DNA of 64,000 nucleotides, taken from positions 5,022,001 through 5,086,000 of the forward strand of contig OZ249437.1 in assembly GCA_965235115.1 (NCBI GenBank), given 5' to 3'. Made by a program: the position numbers and the translations under genes. Below, in pieces: positions 25,893 to 39,411 of this stretch. The number at the start of each line of letters is the position of its first letter. Positions within the stretch are counted from its first letter, which is position 1. The stretch is from Laetmonice hystrix. Taxonomy: Eukaryota. The notes under the pieces were generated by a model, which made no database searches, had not been told where the DNA came from, and worked only from the letters and a program-made list of their open reading frames with translations.

Positions 25893-26454
25893 GCCGTATT
25901 GTTGGATGGCTGAGTGAGGTAACTGTTACAGGTATGCAGGACCGTATTGTTGGATGGCTGAGTGAGGTAACTGTTACAGGTATGCAGGACCGTATTGTTG
26001 GATGGCTGAGTGAGGTAACTGTTACAGGTATGCAGGACCGTATTATTGGATGGCTGAGTGAGGTAACTGTTACAGGTATGCAGGACCGTATTGTTGGATG
26101 GCTGAGTGAGGTAACTGTTACAGGTATGCAGGACCGTATTATTGGATGGCTGAGTGAGGTAACTGTTACAGGTATGCAGGACCGTATTGTTGGATGGCTG
26201 AGTGAGGTAACTGTTACAGGTATGCAGGACCGTATTATTGGATGGCTGAGTGAGGTAACTGTTACAGGTATGCAGGACCGTATTGTTGGATGGCTGAGTG
26301 AGGTAACTGTTACAGGTATGCAGGACCGTATTGTTGGATGGCTGAGTGAGGTAACTGTTACAGGTATGCAGGACCGTATTGTTGGATGGCTGAGTGAGGT
26401 AACTGTTACAGAGTATGCAGGACCGTATTGTTGGATGGCTGAGTGAGGTAACTG
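25893..26454. repeat. 48-bp minisatellite, ~12 units
   Basis: Unit gaccgtatt(g/a)ttggatggctgagtgaggtaactgttacaggtatgcag. Confidence 0.98.
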
Positions 26455-27133
26455 GTACATGTGAGAAACCCTTCTAATCGACGCCATTCAGGACAGTCAT
26501 TCCCGTCCAGTGTGTCACTGGCCAGGGGAAGGCAGTACTAGAGCCGTTAGACTGGCCGCGTTGGATCAGGATTTCCATGGCAACACTTACACCATCAGCA
26601 ATGACAGCAGCAATATTGGGAGGCTGAGCCAGGCAGGGGTTGATGCAATATACAGTAGGACAACGTAGTGCAACGGTTGTATATTTCAAGGTGTGACTCC
26701 GAACGGCACACGAATGTTTTCCTTTCATTTATCAGTGGAATAGCTTCATTGCAATGGATATTGCGGTGGGCATTCTAAGAAATGTACGGAATAGACTAAA
26801 GAGACAAACTTCCGGTTTTCTAACCTTGCACTAGACTTAAACTCCACGTAACCTAAGTCTACTAACCTACATAACCTTGGTGTGACCGAAGACAACACAG
26901 AAGAAGATCTTACTGAAAGCTCCTTATCCACTCCAGCTGAGTGGTGTACGCAGGCAACCAATCAGTACTGACCTCAGATTAAAGCCTGACACTCATGTCA
27001 GACAATGGATCATAGTTTAGGTGAAATCTTAACCTCAACCACTATCAAATATTGGTTTATTTCTCAGCTCAGCCTGCCCTACCTCCGTCCTTTCTGTATT
27101 CAGGAGCGATCTAAAGTTGACCTGAAGTCAGCC

Positions 27134-27332
27134 GTCACCTAATCATGATATCTAAGTCACCTAATCATGATATCTAAGTCACCTAATCATGATATCTAAG
27201 TCACCTAATCATGATATCTAAGTCACCTAATCATGATATGTAAGTCACCTAATCATGATATCTAAGTCACCTAATCATGATATCTAAGTCACCTAATCAT
27301 GATATCTAAGTCACCTAATCATGATATCTAAG
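27134..27332. repeat. 22-bp minisatellite x9
   Basis: Unit gtcacctaatcatgatatctaa. Confidence 0.97.
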
Positions 27333-28104
27333 CCCTCCTGACCATTCGACGATCGTGGCCAAAGCTGATAATACGGCTATTGATGACGTATCCACAATAT
27401 TTCATATCCCTTATCAAAAGAACAAATGGCTCAAATATCTCTATTTAGCTACAGATATGAATCAGACAAAAGCATTTAACAAGAAGAAATGGCCAACTGA
27501 GGAGTGGGCCCGACTGGTCACCCTGGGGTACATGTGTCTTGTCTTGTGGCCTATTTCCTGCTCAGTCATGCCTTAGGACACAAACCCAAGACTCATGGCC
27601 TCGCAATCAATACCCCCCACAACTGAGTTCACCTCAGTGCTCCCGTGGCGTGTAACATCGTGCTTGACCTACTTCTCTACGTCATGACGACAATAGAGAA
27701 AATACCGGCGGCGTCCCAGAAAATCAAAACCTAGCACTTAGGTAGGCGATTAACGCAGAGTGGGGATTAATCATGTTTGCAAATTAAATCTTACAAATGG
27801 GAAAGGGAACACTGATCACGCCTGCTATCTAACTTGACAAATGATTTATGTCTAAGCTTTTACCTCTACATTATCACTGGGTTACTTTAAAATAATATTT
27901 TAATAACATTATTTCAAAGTTCCCTGTAGTAACGCCGGTATCGTTGGTTTGAATGTAGACTTGTTTGAATAGACCAAGTATCACAATGAACCAGACCTAC
28001 TGAAGACATCTGCATCGTTTGATATTCACCACAGAACCTGACTGAGGTCCCGCTGGTATCTATACAATTAACATGGTACTATTGCCCATACATACAAGGT
28101 CATC

Positions 28105-28233
28105 ATGTTCTATTTAATTACTTCCCAATCCACTGGGAAATTCCTCCATCCGAAGGGCCTGGTGATTACCCCGGCTGTCAAGGTTATACATTACGAGCAC
28201 CCAGCAGTGCCCCCCCCTTCTTTGGATCCCTAA
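28105..28233 (+). pseudogene. Possible degenerate mytilectin-like (beta-trefoil lectin) N-terminal fragment
   Basis: Translation MFYLITSQSTGKFLHPKGLVITPAVKVIHYEHPAV resembles, from memory, the mussel lectin CGL/MytiLec start MTTFLIKHKASGKFLHPKGGSSNPANDTNLVLHSDIH; stops after 42 aa. Confidence 0.35.
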
Positions 28234-31230
28234 TACCGTCTATGACTGCCCGGTCCTGACAGAAAACGCCAGTCTATTCTGGCTAGACGTACTTCCCACC
28301 ATGATGGCTTTAAAGGTCAATTCGTGTAGGATAAGACACCCAGTTAATTCTGTACATTCGCTGAGGGGTGAGATTCATGAATCGTGGTGTCGCCATTCAG
28401 ATTAAACTCTATATTATGACCTCTGAGAATGACGCTTCCTTTGGAAAAAAGGACTCTAAAAATATATATAAAGGTAAAACTAGACTCTATGCTGTTTGAA
28501 AGTCATGCGTGACATTCCTAAAACGTAAACTGTTTACATTTGAAGAAGGACGAGCCTCTTTTTTAACACAAAACTTCATACGTGGACTTTACTATGATCA
28601 TGAAAGCAAAACAGACCACACAATTGGAGCTGTGGTAAGTAGACCATGCATGTTGGACCTTGTTACTTCGACTCTGTGCTCTTACCAAGGGAGTTCTGAG
28701 TCCAAGGTTGATCGCCTATTTTGTTTGCTTGTATGTATGTGTATGTCATGGAATAAAAACATTGCTGGGTTGAGAATCTGATATTTAGTTGCGAAACGCA
28801 CCAGCTCTGCTCGACAAGAAAGACTTTCCTTTAATGACCTTGAAAACTGTTCGCAGTTTCCAGACCAGTGACTAGCAGCGACACTGGCTGCTTTGACCAG
28901 CCGATCAAGCGTTAATATAAACATAAGCAAGAACATACGTTTTAAAAAACGGGAATTCGCACGATTCATGTCGCCACCATGTCATTGGCTACACGTCCCA
29001 CCCACACTGGCACAGTGAGGCCGGTTCAGACGTAATACACGGCTAACTGTTCTACATTATTATATAGGCCACCACGGTAAGAAGTGACATCAACATTGCC
29101 TCACCAAAACATCTGTTCCACTGGCAGCAGACGGAACCTTAATCATAACAATAAAGTTTCGCTACCGCACCACACACCGACTGCACATGGACCATTTACA
29201 TTTCAACGTGAACTTGACTTCCTGATTAATATATGAGATGCTCTTCAGGCTAATTACCAACTAAATTATAATTAACTGTGGCAATCGTATAATTACGATG
29301 TGGAGAGAGAGGGAGCTCCTGTTTTCTGCTCTCTGGTCTGACAGCTACGTGCATTCTGTTTGTCCCCTGGGCAATACTATCACCTGTACAATTAACACGG
29401 AAGGCGTCCAGGAGGTAGATTTGGATGTCCCTTTTCATACTTCATCCTGCGATATTTGGCCAGTTTCCAGCGTTCTACCATGTAAAGTGCTGCTAATGCT
29501 GAGTACTGCTCTTCACGATGACGTAGGTTTTAGCACGTAGTCATCGTTTGAAGCCAACGTCAGCACATTATGTTTTCACATTGGTGTTTTTGTTGACTTC
29601 GAGAACCATTTACGGTGTATGAAACATTGGCTTACCCCCTACCAACCCTCCCAGCCACCCTCGTCTGGCCTCAGCCGCTGTAGTCGCGGTTTTGGGTGCA
29701 TGCCAAAGTGATTCTTTTCAGCTACTCAACCTTTAGGCGCTGTCCAGAGGTCACCTTAGAAAAAGTTCAACTATAATGAGCCAGTCTCTGTAGTCGGTTC
29801 CCGCCCACTTCTACCGCTTCACTTAATCATGTCATAATTCCCTGGCCGAGGGAAATAAAACAAATACATGTAGATCATATCATCATGACGTTGTTTCTAT
29901 TTTTATCTATTTTACATGATATATAGTTGTCATCGTCTCCTCGTGTAGAAAATGAGGGTATTATAATATATATAGTAATGTAGGTCAGTGGTACTGGTGT
30001 TTACAAGGTTAGTTCAATTACCTGTACATGTTACCCATGTGGTAAGTTACGCCCTGGAGTATGGACAACCAGCTAGGTCACGTGCACCCCGTAGCCCCGA
30101 TCACACCCCCACCCCCACCCCCACCCCTGCTGCAGCTGCCGCCGCGGCTGCTGCCTCTCCCCCGATCATGATAATCCAAGTGTTTTGTCTATAGTAGGCC
30201 AGGAATGTGGGTCTTAGTGGAGAGTGTGTAGGCGGATTTAGGGGGTGGGGGTGGGGGGAAATAGCAACTACAATACCACTGATAGCAGGAACAGTCACAG
30301 CTGGACGCACACTACTTGAATTTCAGCCTCGGACCCCCCCCCCCCCGGGCTTTTTGGGCTTCACTACAGAATTGTAGTCACCATGCCAACCATCTTGTAC
30401 ACCGTGATTTCCCACACCTACAACGTCTTATCAGCTCTACTTGCGCACATGGCTCACTGGAAACCATGACAACGTAATCGAGAAACAAAATGGCTTGGCG
30501 CTTCCTGTTGCCGGTTTTAACCGGCTGGTCTGAATCAGAATTTATCAGTTATTGCTGGCGGCCTCCAGAAGGCTCGTCCTCAAGTACATGGATTGAGAAA
30601 TCTGTGCAGAATGAAGGTCGCAGCTTGCCAGACATTGTTGTATAATGGATTACACTCTACTGCATGAGTTACGACCCTCCAAGGTGTACGGAATACCGGC
30701 TGGTTGAATCACTATTACCATGGCTACTTGCTCTCTGTTCCCTTGCTCTCTACCATACCAAAACAATTTCTTTCAACATGAATTCATGTGAGAAATTAAT
30801 TTAAACAGAATATGCGAATAATCCATGACCTCCATTTTTTGCGATGGGCAAGGAATGTTAGGACCGCATGTAACAATCCCAAAAGGTCGTAAAGTCACGA
30901 CTGATGGTGCCAGTACCAGGGAATGAATCATTCTCAATAAATTGCCTTTCATGCAAACTCCAGTCCATTGTCGGGGTGTGTAAACAGTAATCTACTTTCC
31001 ATCAGTGGCCAGCCTTTGGACTGGCTGTGAAAACGTGGGCGTGTCTGTCCTCCAAACAAACCTGATGGCCGTCCATGAGGCCGCTAGCACGGCTAATGAT
31101 GTCACAGAAGGCGGTGTTCATTCTTGGCCCTGTTTGGACTAGCGACATACCAGCCTCGAGAGGCGGCGAGGACATACTGACATGACCTACTCTGGGCTGG
31201 TGCATACCGATATCGGCAGCCAATATATGA

Positions 31231-32309
31231 CATACCCAAATGATTCCACTGTGCCCACGGCCTGCTTCACCATTCCACTGTGCCCACGGCCTGCCTTACC
31301 ATACCCAAATGATTCCACTGTCCCCACGGCCTGCCTCACCATACCCAAATCATTCCACTGTCCCCACGGCCTGCCTCACCATACCCAAATGATTCCACTG
31401 TCCCCACGACCTGCCTCACCATACCCAAATCATTCCACTGTCCCCACGGCCTGCCTCACCATACCCAAATGATTCCACTGTCCCCACGGCCTGCCTCACC
31501 ATACCCAAATCATTCCACTGTCCCCACGGCCTGCCTCACCATACCCAAATCATTCCACTGTCCCCACGGCCTGCCTCACCATACCCAAATGATTCCACTG
31601 TCCCCACGGCCTGCCTCACCATTCCACTGTCCCCACGGCCTGCCTTACCATACCCAAATCATTCCACTGTCCCCACGGCCTGCCTCACCATACCCAAATG
31701 ATTCCACTGTCCCCACGGCCTGCCTCACCATACCCAAATGATTCCACTGTCCCCACGGCCTGCCTCACCATACCCAAATCATTCCACTGTCCCCACGGCC
31801 TGCCTCACCATACCCAAATGATTCCACTGTCCCCACGGCTTGCCTCACCATACCCAAATGATTCCACTGTCCCATCGGCCTGCCTCACCATGATACCCAA
31901 ATCATTCCACTGTCCCCACAGCCTGCCTCACCATACCCAAATGATTCCACTGTCCCCACGGCCTGCCTCACCATTCCACTGTCCCAACGGCCTGCCTCAC
32001 CATACCCAAATGATTCCACTGTCCCCACGGCCCGCCTCACCATACCTAAATGATTCCACTGTCCCCACGGCCTGCCTCACCATACCCAAATGATTCCACT
32101 GTCCCCACGGCCTGCCTCACCATACCCAAATGATTCCACTGTCCCCACGGCCCGCCTCACCATACCTAAATCATTCCACTGTCCCCACGGCCTGCCTCAC
32201 CATACCCAAATGATTCCACTGTCCCCACGGCCTGCCTCACCATTCCACTGTCCCCACGGCCTGCCTCACCATACCCAAATCATTCCACTGTCCCCACAGC
32301 TTGCCTCAC
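31231..32309. repeat. 40-bp minisatellite, ~27 units, some deleted to 29 bp
   Basis: Unit atacccaaat(g/c)attccactgtccccacggcctgcctcacc. Confidence 0.98.
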
Positions 32310-33957
32310 TCAGACAGAATGTCCTACAGGTTACCAGTTCGTCTTCATACACACAGGGAAAGATGGATTGGGGGTGGGGGTGGGGGGGGGGTCTATGTTC
32401 TGAATACCTCTTGGTAAGGGTTTGACCTTGGCATCCATGCATTGTAACTTCTATCTCTGACACTATTTAGGGGTTTCTGAATGGCACTGAAGAAAAAAAG
32501 TGAGGTCATTTCTATTGGCCCTTTCAGAAATCATTGTAGCAATTGAACAGGACCTGGTGTGGCACGATGAAGGCAATAAAAGGACATATTATTGATGGCA
32601 CTTTGGGTCAATTATTTCTCATTATATTTCTCAATTTGGCATGATTGGTGCGACAATAATAACTGCCTCAGCCTCATACCTGACCGTTGGTACCATCATG
32701 GAGAATCTGTCTTACATAGAATCCAACAACGCCCAGTGAAAACAAAACTCGCTTGTTGGAACTGTAGAACCGTGAGAAGTTATCAGTGAAGGGTCCCAGG
32801 TTTTGCCTGATGAGTTCCATAAGACTAGAGGTAGTCGCCTGTAGATTCTGAGTGTAGAATCAGGGTGTAGATTCAGGGTGTAGAAGCTGAGAAGATACAC
32901 GAGGGCACGTGCAGGGGGAGACAGAAAGCTGGCAGGTTGCCACCACCCCTTACCCGGTTCCACCCCCACCCTCAAACATACATTACCAACATTCATACTG
33001 GGTTACATCATCACATGTGGAAGCCTGTCGCTGGTCCTGTGCTACGCTCTCCCGGACTCCCTCTCCCGGACTGCTGCTGTCCAGGGCTCGGTACAAATAT
33101 TCATACCACTAATGACGATAATTGTAACTGTGGATTGATTGGTATGAAACTACCAACTCTGGGTATTCATTATTTGTCGGCTAGGGTTTACCCAGGTTAT
33201 CTACTGACATGTGAAAATCATGACCCGTTTGTTTACTGTCCTACATACTGGACGGCAGCCCTCAGCCTTGTCTTGATGAGATACCGAACTCCACTCAAGG
33301 CTGAGGTGGGTGGGCCTTTCTTACAGCAGTCTGAACTGCCAAAGATCCTCCTCCTTGTGAACATAAAATACCGGATTCCATTATACCGTCTCACTACCAC
33401 ATCCTGGCTCTATAACCTAACTCATGGTTTAACACCACAGGATCTGTCTCCATGTCGTAGCGGTAAGTAATCACCTAATATCAGCAGGACGACGAAATCC
33501 GTACGTCAGCTATTTAAACATGTCACGGTCCCCTATCGTGGTCCTAAACAGTTAGCAAAAAACTTGGAATAAACGTTTGGGAAATCTTAATGGATGAATA
33601 AAACATTTTTATAACGTCTTCTGTGAGCCGGGTAATATAGCTAACAGCAGTTCCCGGACGGGACAACCCCAGCCACGATCATAGACCCACCGCCACCCCC
33701 ACCCCAGCAGACCACCCAGTGAAAGGTCCCACACTCCATGTCCACACCCGGTCTGGCCAGGTCCCATATGTCACACGGTGACACGCATCTCCCAGGCGCC
33801 ACACCTGTCTAGACAATGAATATTGAAGTGATGTAGACTTTCTACATACCGATTATCAAATCACGTATAACCTCTAGTCACATTGCCGCATACAATAACG
33901 GTACTGGAATATGTCATGGTCGGTTACCGGAGGCGTGGTGTGTCAATCAGTCCGGCG

Positions 33958-34513
33958 GGATGGTGGTGGGCTGGGGGTGGGTTGGGAGTGGGCTGGGGGT
34001 GGGCTGGTGGTGGGCTGGGGGTGGGCTGGGGGTGGGCTGGTGGTGGGCTGGGGGTGGGCTGGTGGTGGGCTGGGGGTGGGCTGGTGGTGGGCTGGGGGTG
34101 GGCTGGGGGTGGGCTGGTGGTGGGCTGGGGGTGGGCTGGTGGTGGGCTGGTGGTGGGCTGGTGGTGGGCTGGTGGTGGGCTGGGGGTGGGCTGGGGGTGG
34201 GCTGGGGGTGGGCTGGGGGTGGGCTGGTGGTGGGCTGGGGGTGGGCTGGTGGTGGGCTGGGGGTGGGCTGGTGGTGGGCTGGGGGTGGGATGGTGGTGGG
34301 CTGGGGGTGGGCTGGTGGTGGGCTGGGGGTGGGATGGTGGTGGGCTGGGGGTGGGCTGGTGGTGGGCTGGGGGTGGGATGGGGGTGGGCTGGTGGTGGGC
34401 TGGGGGTGGGCTGGGGGTGGGCTGGGGGTGGGCTGGTGGTGGGCTGGGGGTGGGCTGGGGGTGGGCTGGGGGTGGGCTGGTGGTGGGATGGTGGTGGGCT
34501 GGGGGTGGGTGGA
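33958..34513. repeat. G-rich 11-bp minisatellite GGGCTGG(G/T)GGT, ~50 units
   Basis: Directly visible; explains the G/W/L/V/A ORFs in all three + frames. Confidence 0.97.
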
Positions 34514-37500
34514 GGGCGAGGATCAGGGCCTTCTGTCGGTATATATGTATATCACAGTGCTGTCGTTATTACAATACTGCTGCCTCACACGGCGACCACC
34601 ATTGCCAATGTGAGAGTGCCTACTCTAGGTGCCAAGCGTGGCAGTCAGCCACACAGCTGCAGGTGGTGAAATGCAGGGTTTCCCCACCAGTTGCTGAGAG
34701 ATGAGGCCTGAGGCCGGAGTAGACTGCTATATGTGAGCCTAGATACAGACAAGTTGTCCTTACAACAGGTCACGCCCTGAGGGGTGTGGCTGAGTTATAA
34801 CCGGAGTTATTACCTGAGGTGTAGACCAGCTGTATCATGTTCGGCCACAATTAGACTCAGGTTACTGTATACATGTATAACACTGACCAGTACTGCTAAA
34901 TATAACGGTATGTAATTATACACTATACAAACGGTGACCCCGGTATATACAGCAACAGAACATGAAAATCTACTTTGTAACTTGCATTAAAAAATCCAAA
35001 TAAAATAAATCAGATTTTTCAATTTTCTCTTCTTGGGAATGAAAAATTCACCACGACAACTAGAAAATGCAGCAGGTGCAAACCATCATGGGAATGATAT
35101 AAATAAACCAATCACTAAATATATTACATTGCGAGTTAGTGATATTTCTGGTACAACAATCCACACCGTACTGTCTGTCCCACTCCCACCAACACCCTTC
35201 AATTACTGACCGGCCAGCTAGTACATAATGTACTGTTTGATAGAGATCGCCATTCCCTACCACTAGCCTGGGCCTTAGTGTGCCTGGCAAACATACCGTT
35301 TTACTACAGACCAGACCCGAGACCTTATCATTCTCCTACCATATTGACAACAGCGGTGTAGTCGAAGCTGGTAGCTTCAGATAACACCTTATAGTCGTTT
35401 ACCTCCCGTTCATGGACTCTATCAATGAGTGTAGTGAAATTCCAAACGGGCAAGTCTGAGATCAGTAATAACCATATCTCCTCATTATTTTTCACTCAAA
35501 GTTACCAAGACCATGGCGCAATCCCCTAATTTTGACATTGTGTGTTACCAACTCATCAGTGCCATTACTGAAGACGGAAACAACGTACAACCTGATATAT
35601 TCTGGTCTCTCTACATGTCCTTCTACAAATATATACCGCAATAACTGATAGCGTAAGGTAAAACTGTGTCGGGAAGGATGGGCGAATGTTTCAACCCACT
35701 TCAAACATGTAGTATTGACCTCATTTAGTACGTTAATGACCCACCGTTTTTCTGTGATAATGTCAAGAAGGTTACCGCTCGCCATATATCCCGTCCTAAC
35801 GTAACAGACTGTGAAACACAGTACACAGGCCCTAAACTGTCTGTACTCATATCTGTCGGCATTACTGACAATTACAGCCAACCGACTGGGTCCCAGACTG
35901 GGCAGCCAGTCCCCTGTACGATACTGGGACCGTACGGCCCTGGAGGTGTCTGCAGGGGTGGCGAAGGTTGGGGAACCTTGTCCAGACTTACAGTCCTGTA
36001 TTGTTTGGAAGATGTAAAGAAGAACAATTGAGACAAGTTGATATTAGATGGCTGTCTCTTGAGGTTCCTGTGGCTCGGACAGGATTTGTAAGACACGAAG
36101 GTGTAAGTCTCCACAAGTAGTGAACAGGTACATCTTTTTGTTGGATACAATTCATCTTGACCGCCTACAATATGTCTAATCTAACACCATGGAAAATAAA
36201 AAGGTATGTCTTATCTAAATATAAACACAACCAAGGCACATAGATCTACGCCAAGGTATGTTGTCATTCTGTCAAGAAGACTTTGGTAAACAATAAAACA
36301 TTGTTGGTGTTCTTTTCTCTAACTTAACTTGGTGTTTATTGTGATTAAAGTCTTAAATTGATTAAATTCACGTTTGAACGAGGTTTGAAAACGTTCTCTG
36401 ATGAGGCGATTCAGGAAGTTGAATACTGGCTGACCCACAATCCGACGTCAGTCAGAATAACTTTGATAAGATAAAAAAGTTAATGAGTTCAAAAAGAGGG
36501 AAGAATGACTCATTAATATGCCCTGAGGTCAGTAGGTGTCATGGGCAGGTGTCGTGAGCAGGTGAGGTCAGCTTCTGTGGAATACTGGCATCATCTTCTC
36601 TTGCCATCTCACACACAAAACATATACACACACAAACATCCCTGACCCTTGGGCACGGTGAATTGTAAACATTTTGACCACGACGTTTTCATGGCTGTCA
36701 ATATGTTTTTATAACAAGACCATTTCAAGCCTTCAGGCAATGTCAACAGATGACTTGTTCAAACTGTTTTCCTTCAACTACAACTGACTGTATGCTATGT
36801 AATTAACATCACCGTTAATCTCAAATGATAATAGGATTAAGAATTTCGTATTTTAGTCACATTTTCAAGAAGCTCTGAAAGCTGACATAACAAAAATTGC
36901 TCCTCTTTTGAAGCCACACTCACAGAAGCCAGACTCTTGAGGCCTGCCAGTGGCAATTGGCCGATTCCTTTATGTGGCCCAAGGTTTGGCTCTCAGATGG
37001 AGAGACTAATTTGGCTTTGAGTTGTGTTGAAAGACACAGACGGTGCCTGGCGGTCTAGGCAGGAACTAACTAGGATGCTATTAACAGCTGCGGGAAGTAC
37101 GATCAATCCCATGTACTACTGACCTGGTAGTGGCTCAAACCATCTGCTATTTAGTGTATTGTAATTCAATTGCAAGCTGCTAGACGTATTGAAAATGAGG
37201 ATCGATGCTGTACATGTTAAAAGTAGGCATTTAATGGTGGGGTTAGAGCTGATGTTAGGGTAAGACTGGGTGGAGGTCCTGCTCGTATGCATTGTCTGAG
37301 ATGCTGCCGTGCAAGTGAAGGAGCTGCCATGCATGCATGTGCGCAAGTGAACGTGCTGTGTGGCATGCAGCCCCGCCATAGCGGAGGCCTGCGCAGTGCT
37401 GGCTGGCAGGAGGGCGGGCGGGCGGCGGCAGCGCCGGCCTTGGCCACGGTCAGACTCGTACATACAGCCATGGCACTTGCACCGACCGAATCAATATCAG

Positions 37501-38006
37501 AATGATATGCACTATTGGTGGTGGCTTCACAGAGCCACGGACCAGCCAGGCCTGAACCGCAAGGACCCGCCCCGGCCCTGCAGGAGGCTGACTTAGAGGG
37601 TTGGTCTGGTCCGACGAGGGGGAAACCCTGCAGTTTCTCTGACAGACAGCTTCCTCCCTAACAGGAACATAGATATACCCCCCTTGACATACCCCTTCTT
37701 GACATCCATGACCCCCTTGACAGAGCATGCCACTCTCTTGTAATAATCTACAATAGTAATACTTGATTGTAAGGTTATACTTAACTAATAGGCCTACCTA
37801 TACTAGCCATCAGTTGACTAAGAACCTGCAGCCATTCTGCCATTATAATCGTCCAATCGCGTATACCTTGAAGGCATCATGATGTGTAGCTTTGCTAGGC
37901 AACGCAGCCTCAGTGTTGTCATGTTCATGGAAGGAAAACTGTACTGTGAGACCTTATCTTGACTGACATCCCTGGTTAATTTTGTACAAAATATATCTTG
38001 ACTTAC

Positions 38007-38128
38007 CCCCGTTTTTTAGTTGATCCATTCATATCGACGATAGTGATAGTTCCAGGAGTAACATTGCCATCGGGAACATCAGAGGATGGCACAATAATTT
38101 GTGCTTCCACTGCAGACTGATCGGCCAT
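38007..38128 (-). CDS. Likely first or early coding exon (MADQSAVEAQIIVPSSDVPDGNVTPGTITIVDMNGSTKKR), unknown protein
   Basis: Kozak ACCAACATGG, protein-like composition and consensus donor GG|GTAAGT; 122 nt, ends in phase 2. Confidence 0.5.
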
Positions 38129-39002
38129 GTTGGTAGTGGCAAAGCTTAGGAGCCGAGGGGTTTTCTGTTGCCCTGACTACAACTGCCTAACTGCAGGAAG
38201 GCCTTATAATGTATGCGCGGAGACTAAACCTTCCAGCTGTCACACAGCACACTGGGTGGTGGCAGTGGTGGTGGTATTTGTGGCCGTATTATATCCTGGG
38301 TTCAACTCTTCTTGTGGTGGTTGCTTGTTACTCTCCTGAAGCAGACAGCAGCGACTGATGATGCTGGTTGTGATGCAGCGGCTGGTGTTGTGATGGTCAC
38401 TAAAGATGGTTCTCTTTCTGGCGCTGGTTTCGTAGGAACTACACGGCACTAGCCGCATCTATACCCTAGTCTGCTGGGAGGGGGTCATCCACCCAGGGTC
38501 TTGTGAAGCTCCAGTAATCAGGGTTTCCTTGCTAGCGAAGATCCCTGTAATAGCGACACGTTCTACAGCCGAGTCTAACGACGACTGAGTGAGCGGCAAG
38601 AAGCAGGAGGAGGCGGTGGTCGTGTCAGCCTACTACACTTGTACACCGTCTGTGTTCGCTACTCGCCGGCCAGCCAGCGTGGGGGCAGAGCATGTGAGTG
38701 GGCTGTCAAGCGGACAGGCCACTGACTCTCGTGGTCGGAGGCGGGTGGGCCTCTTGACGACTCCAGCGGTGACCCTCTCTGAGTTCTTTACCACTGTGCG
38801 GGCCCTGACGGCGGGGAACTCAATGATCACAGTCACGGCTCAGCTGATCTGGTTTGAGCCACGGACTCAAAGACTCAGCACTCAGACCTGTTAAAGGTGT
38901 CCCTGGCTACTGACTCGGCCGTGCACCAGTGAGTCTGAGTCATGCGGCAGCCTCGAGGTCCCGCTGACCTCCGCTGATTGGCACCCAGTGCCATAACACG
39001 GA

Positions 39003-39411
39003 GGTCCTGACGGGGGTTTGATATAAGATACACTACAGGTCTACAGTGTGTACCAGTCTTATGTAGGCCTACATACACGCCCTGCGGTCCTGACGGGGGT
39101 TTGATATAAGATACACTACAGGTCTACAGTGTGTACCAGTCTTGTAGGCCTACATACACGCCCTGCGGTCCTGACAGGGGTTTGATATAAGATACACTAC
39201 AGGTCTACAGTGTGTACCAGTCTTATGTAGGCCTACATACACGCCCTGCGGTCCTGACAGGGGTTTGATATAAGATACACTACAGGTCTACAGTGTGTAC
39301 CAGTCTTATGTAGGCCTACATACACGCCCTGCGGTCCTGACAGGGGTTTGATATAAGATACACTACAGGTCTACAGTGTGTACCAGTCTTATGTAGGACT
39401 ACATACACGCC
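39003..39411. repeat. 83-bp minisatellite x5
   Basis: Unit ggtcctgac(g/a)ggggtttgatataagatacactacaggtctacagtgtgtaccagtcttatgtaggcctacatacacgccctgc. Confidence 0.97.

Noticed and set aside
23752-26487. Repeat-protein ORFs at 23752-24408 and 25822-26487
   Set aside because: Confined to the 43- and 48-bp arrays and open in several frames or on both strands.
30950-31050. Integrase-like words HPDNGLEF and PRFHSQSKG on - strand
   Set aside because: They occur in the reverse order to a DDE integrase core and are followed by several stops.
33883-34704. Gly/Trp-rich ORFs
   Set aside because: Read-through of an 11-bp G-rich repeat in all three frames.
35492-36000. ~170-codon minus-strand open frame
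   Set aside because: The + strand is similarly open, no motif is recognisable and the splice phases are ambiguous.
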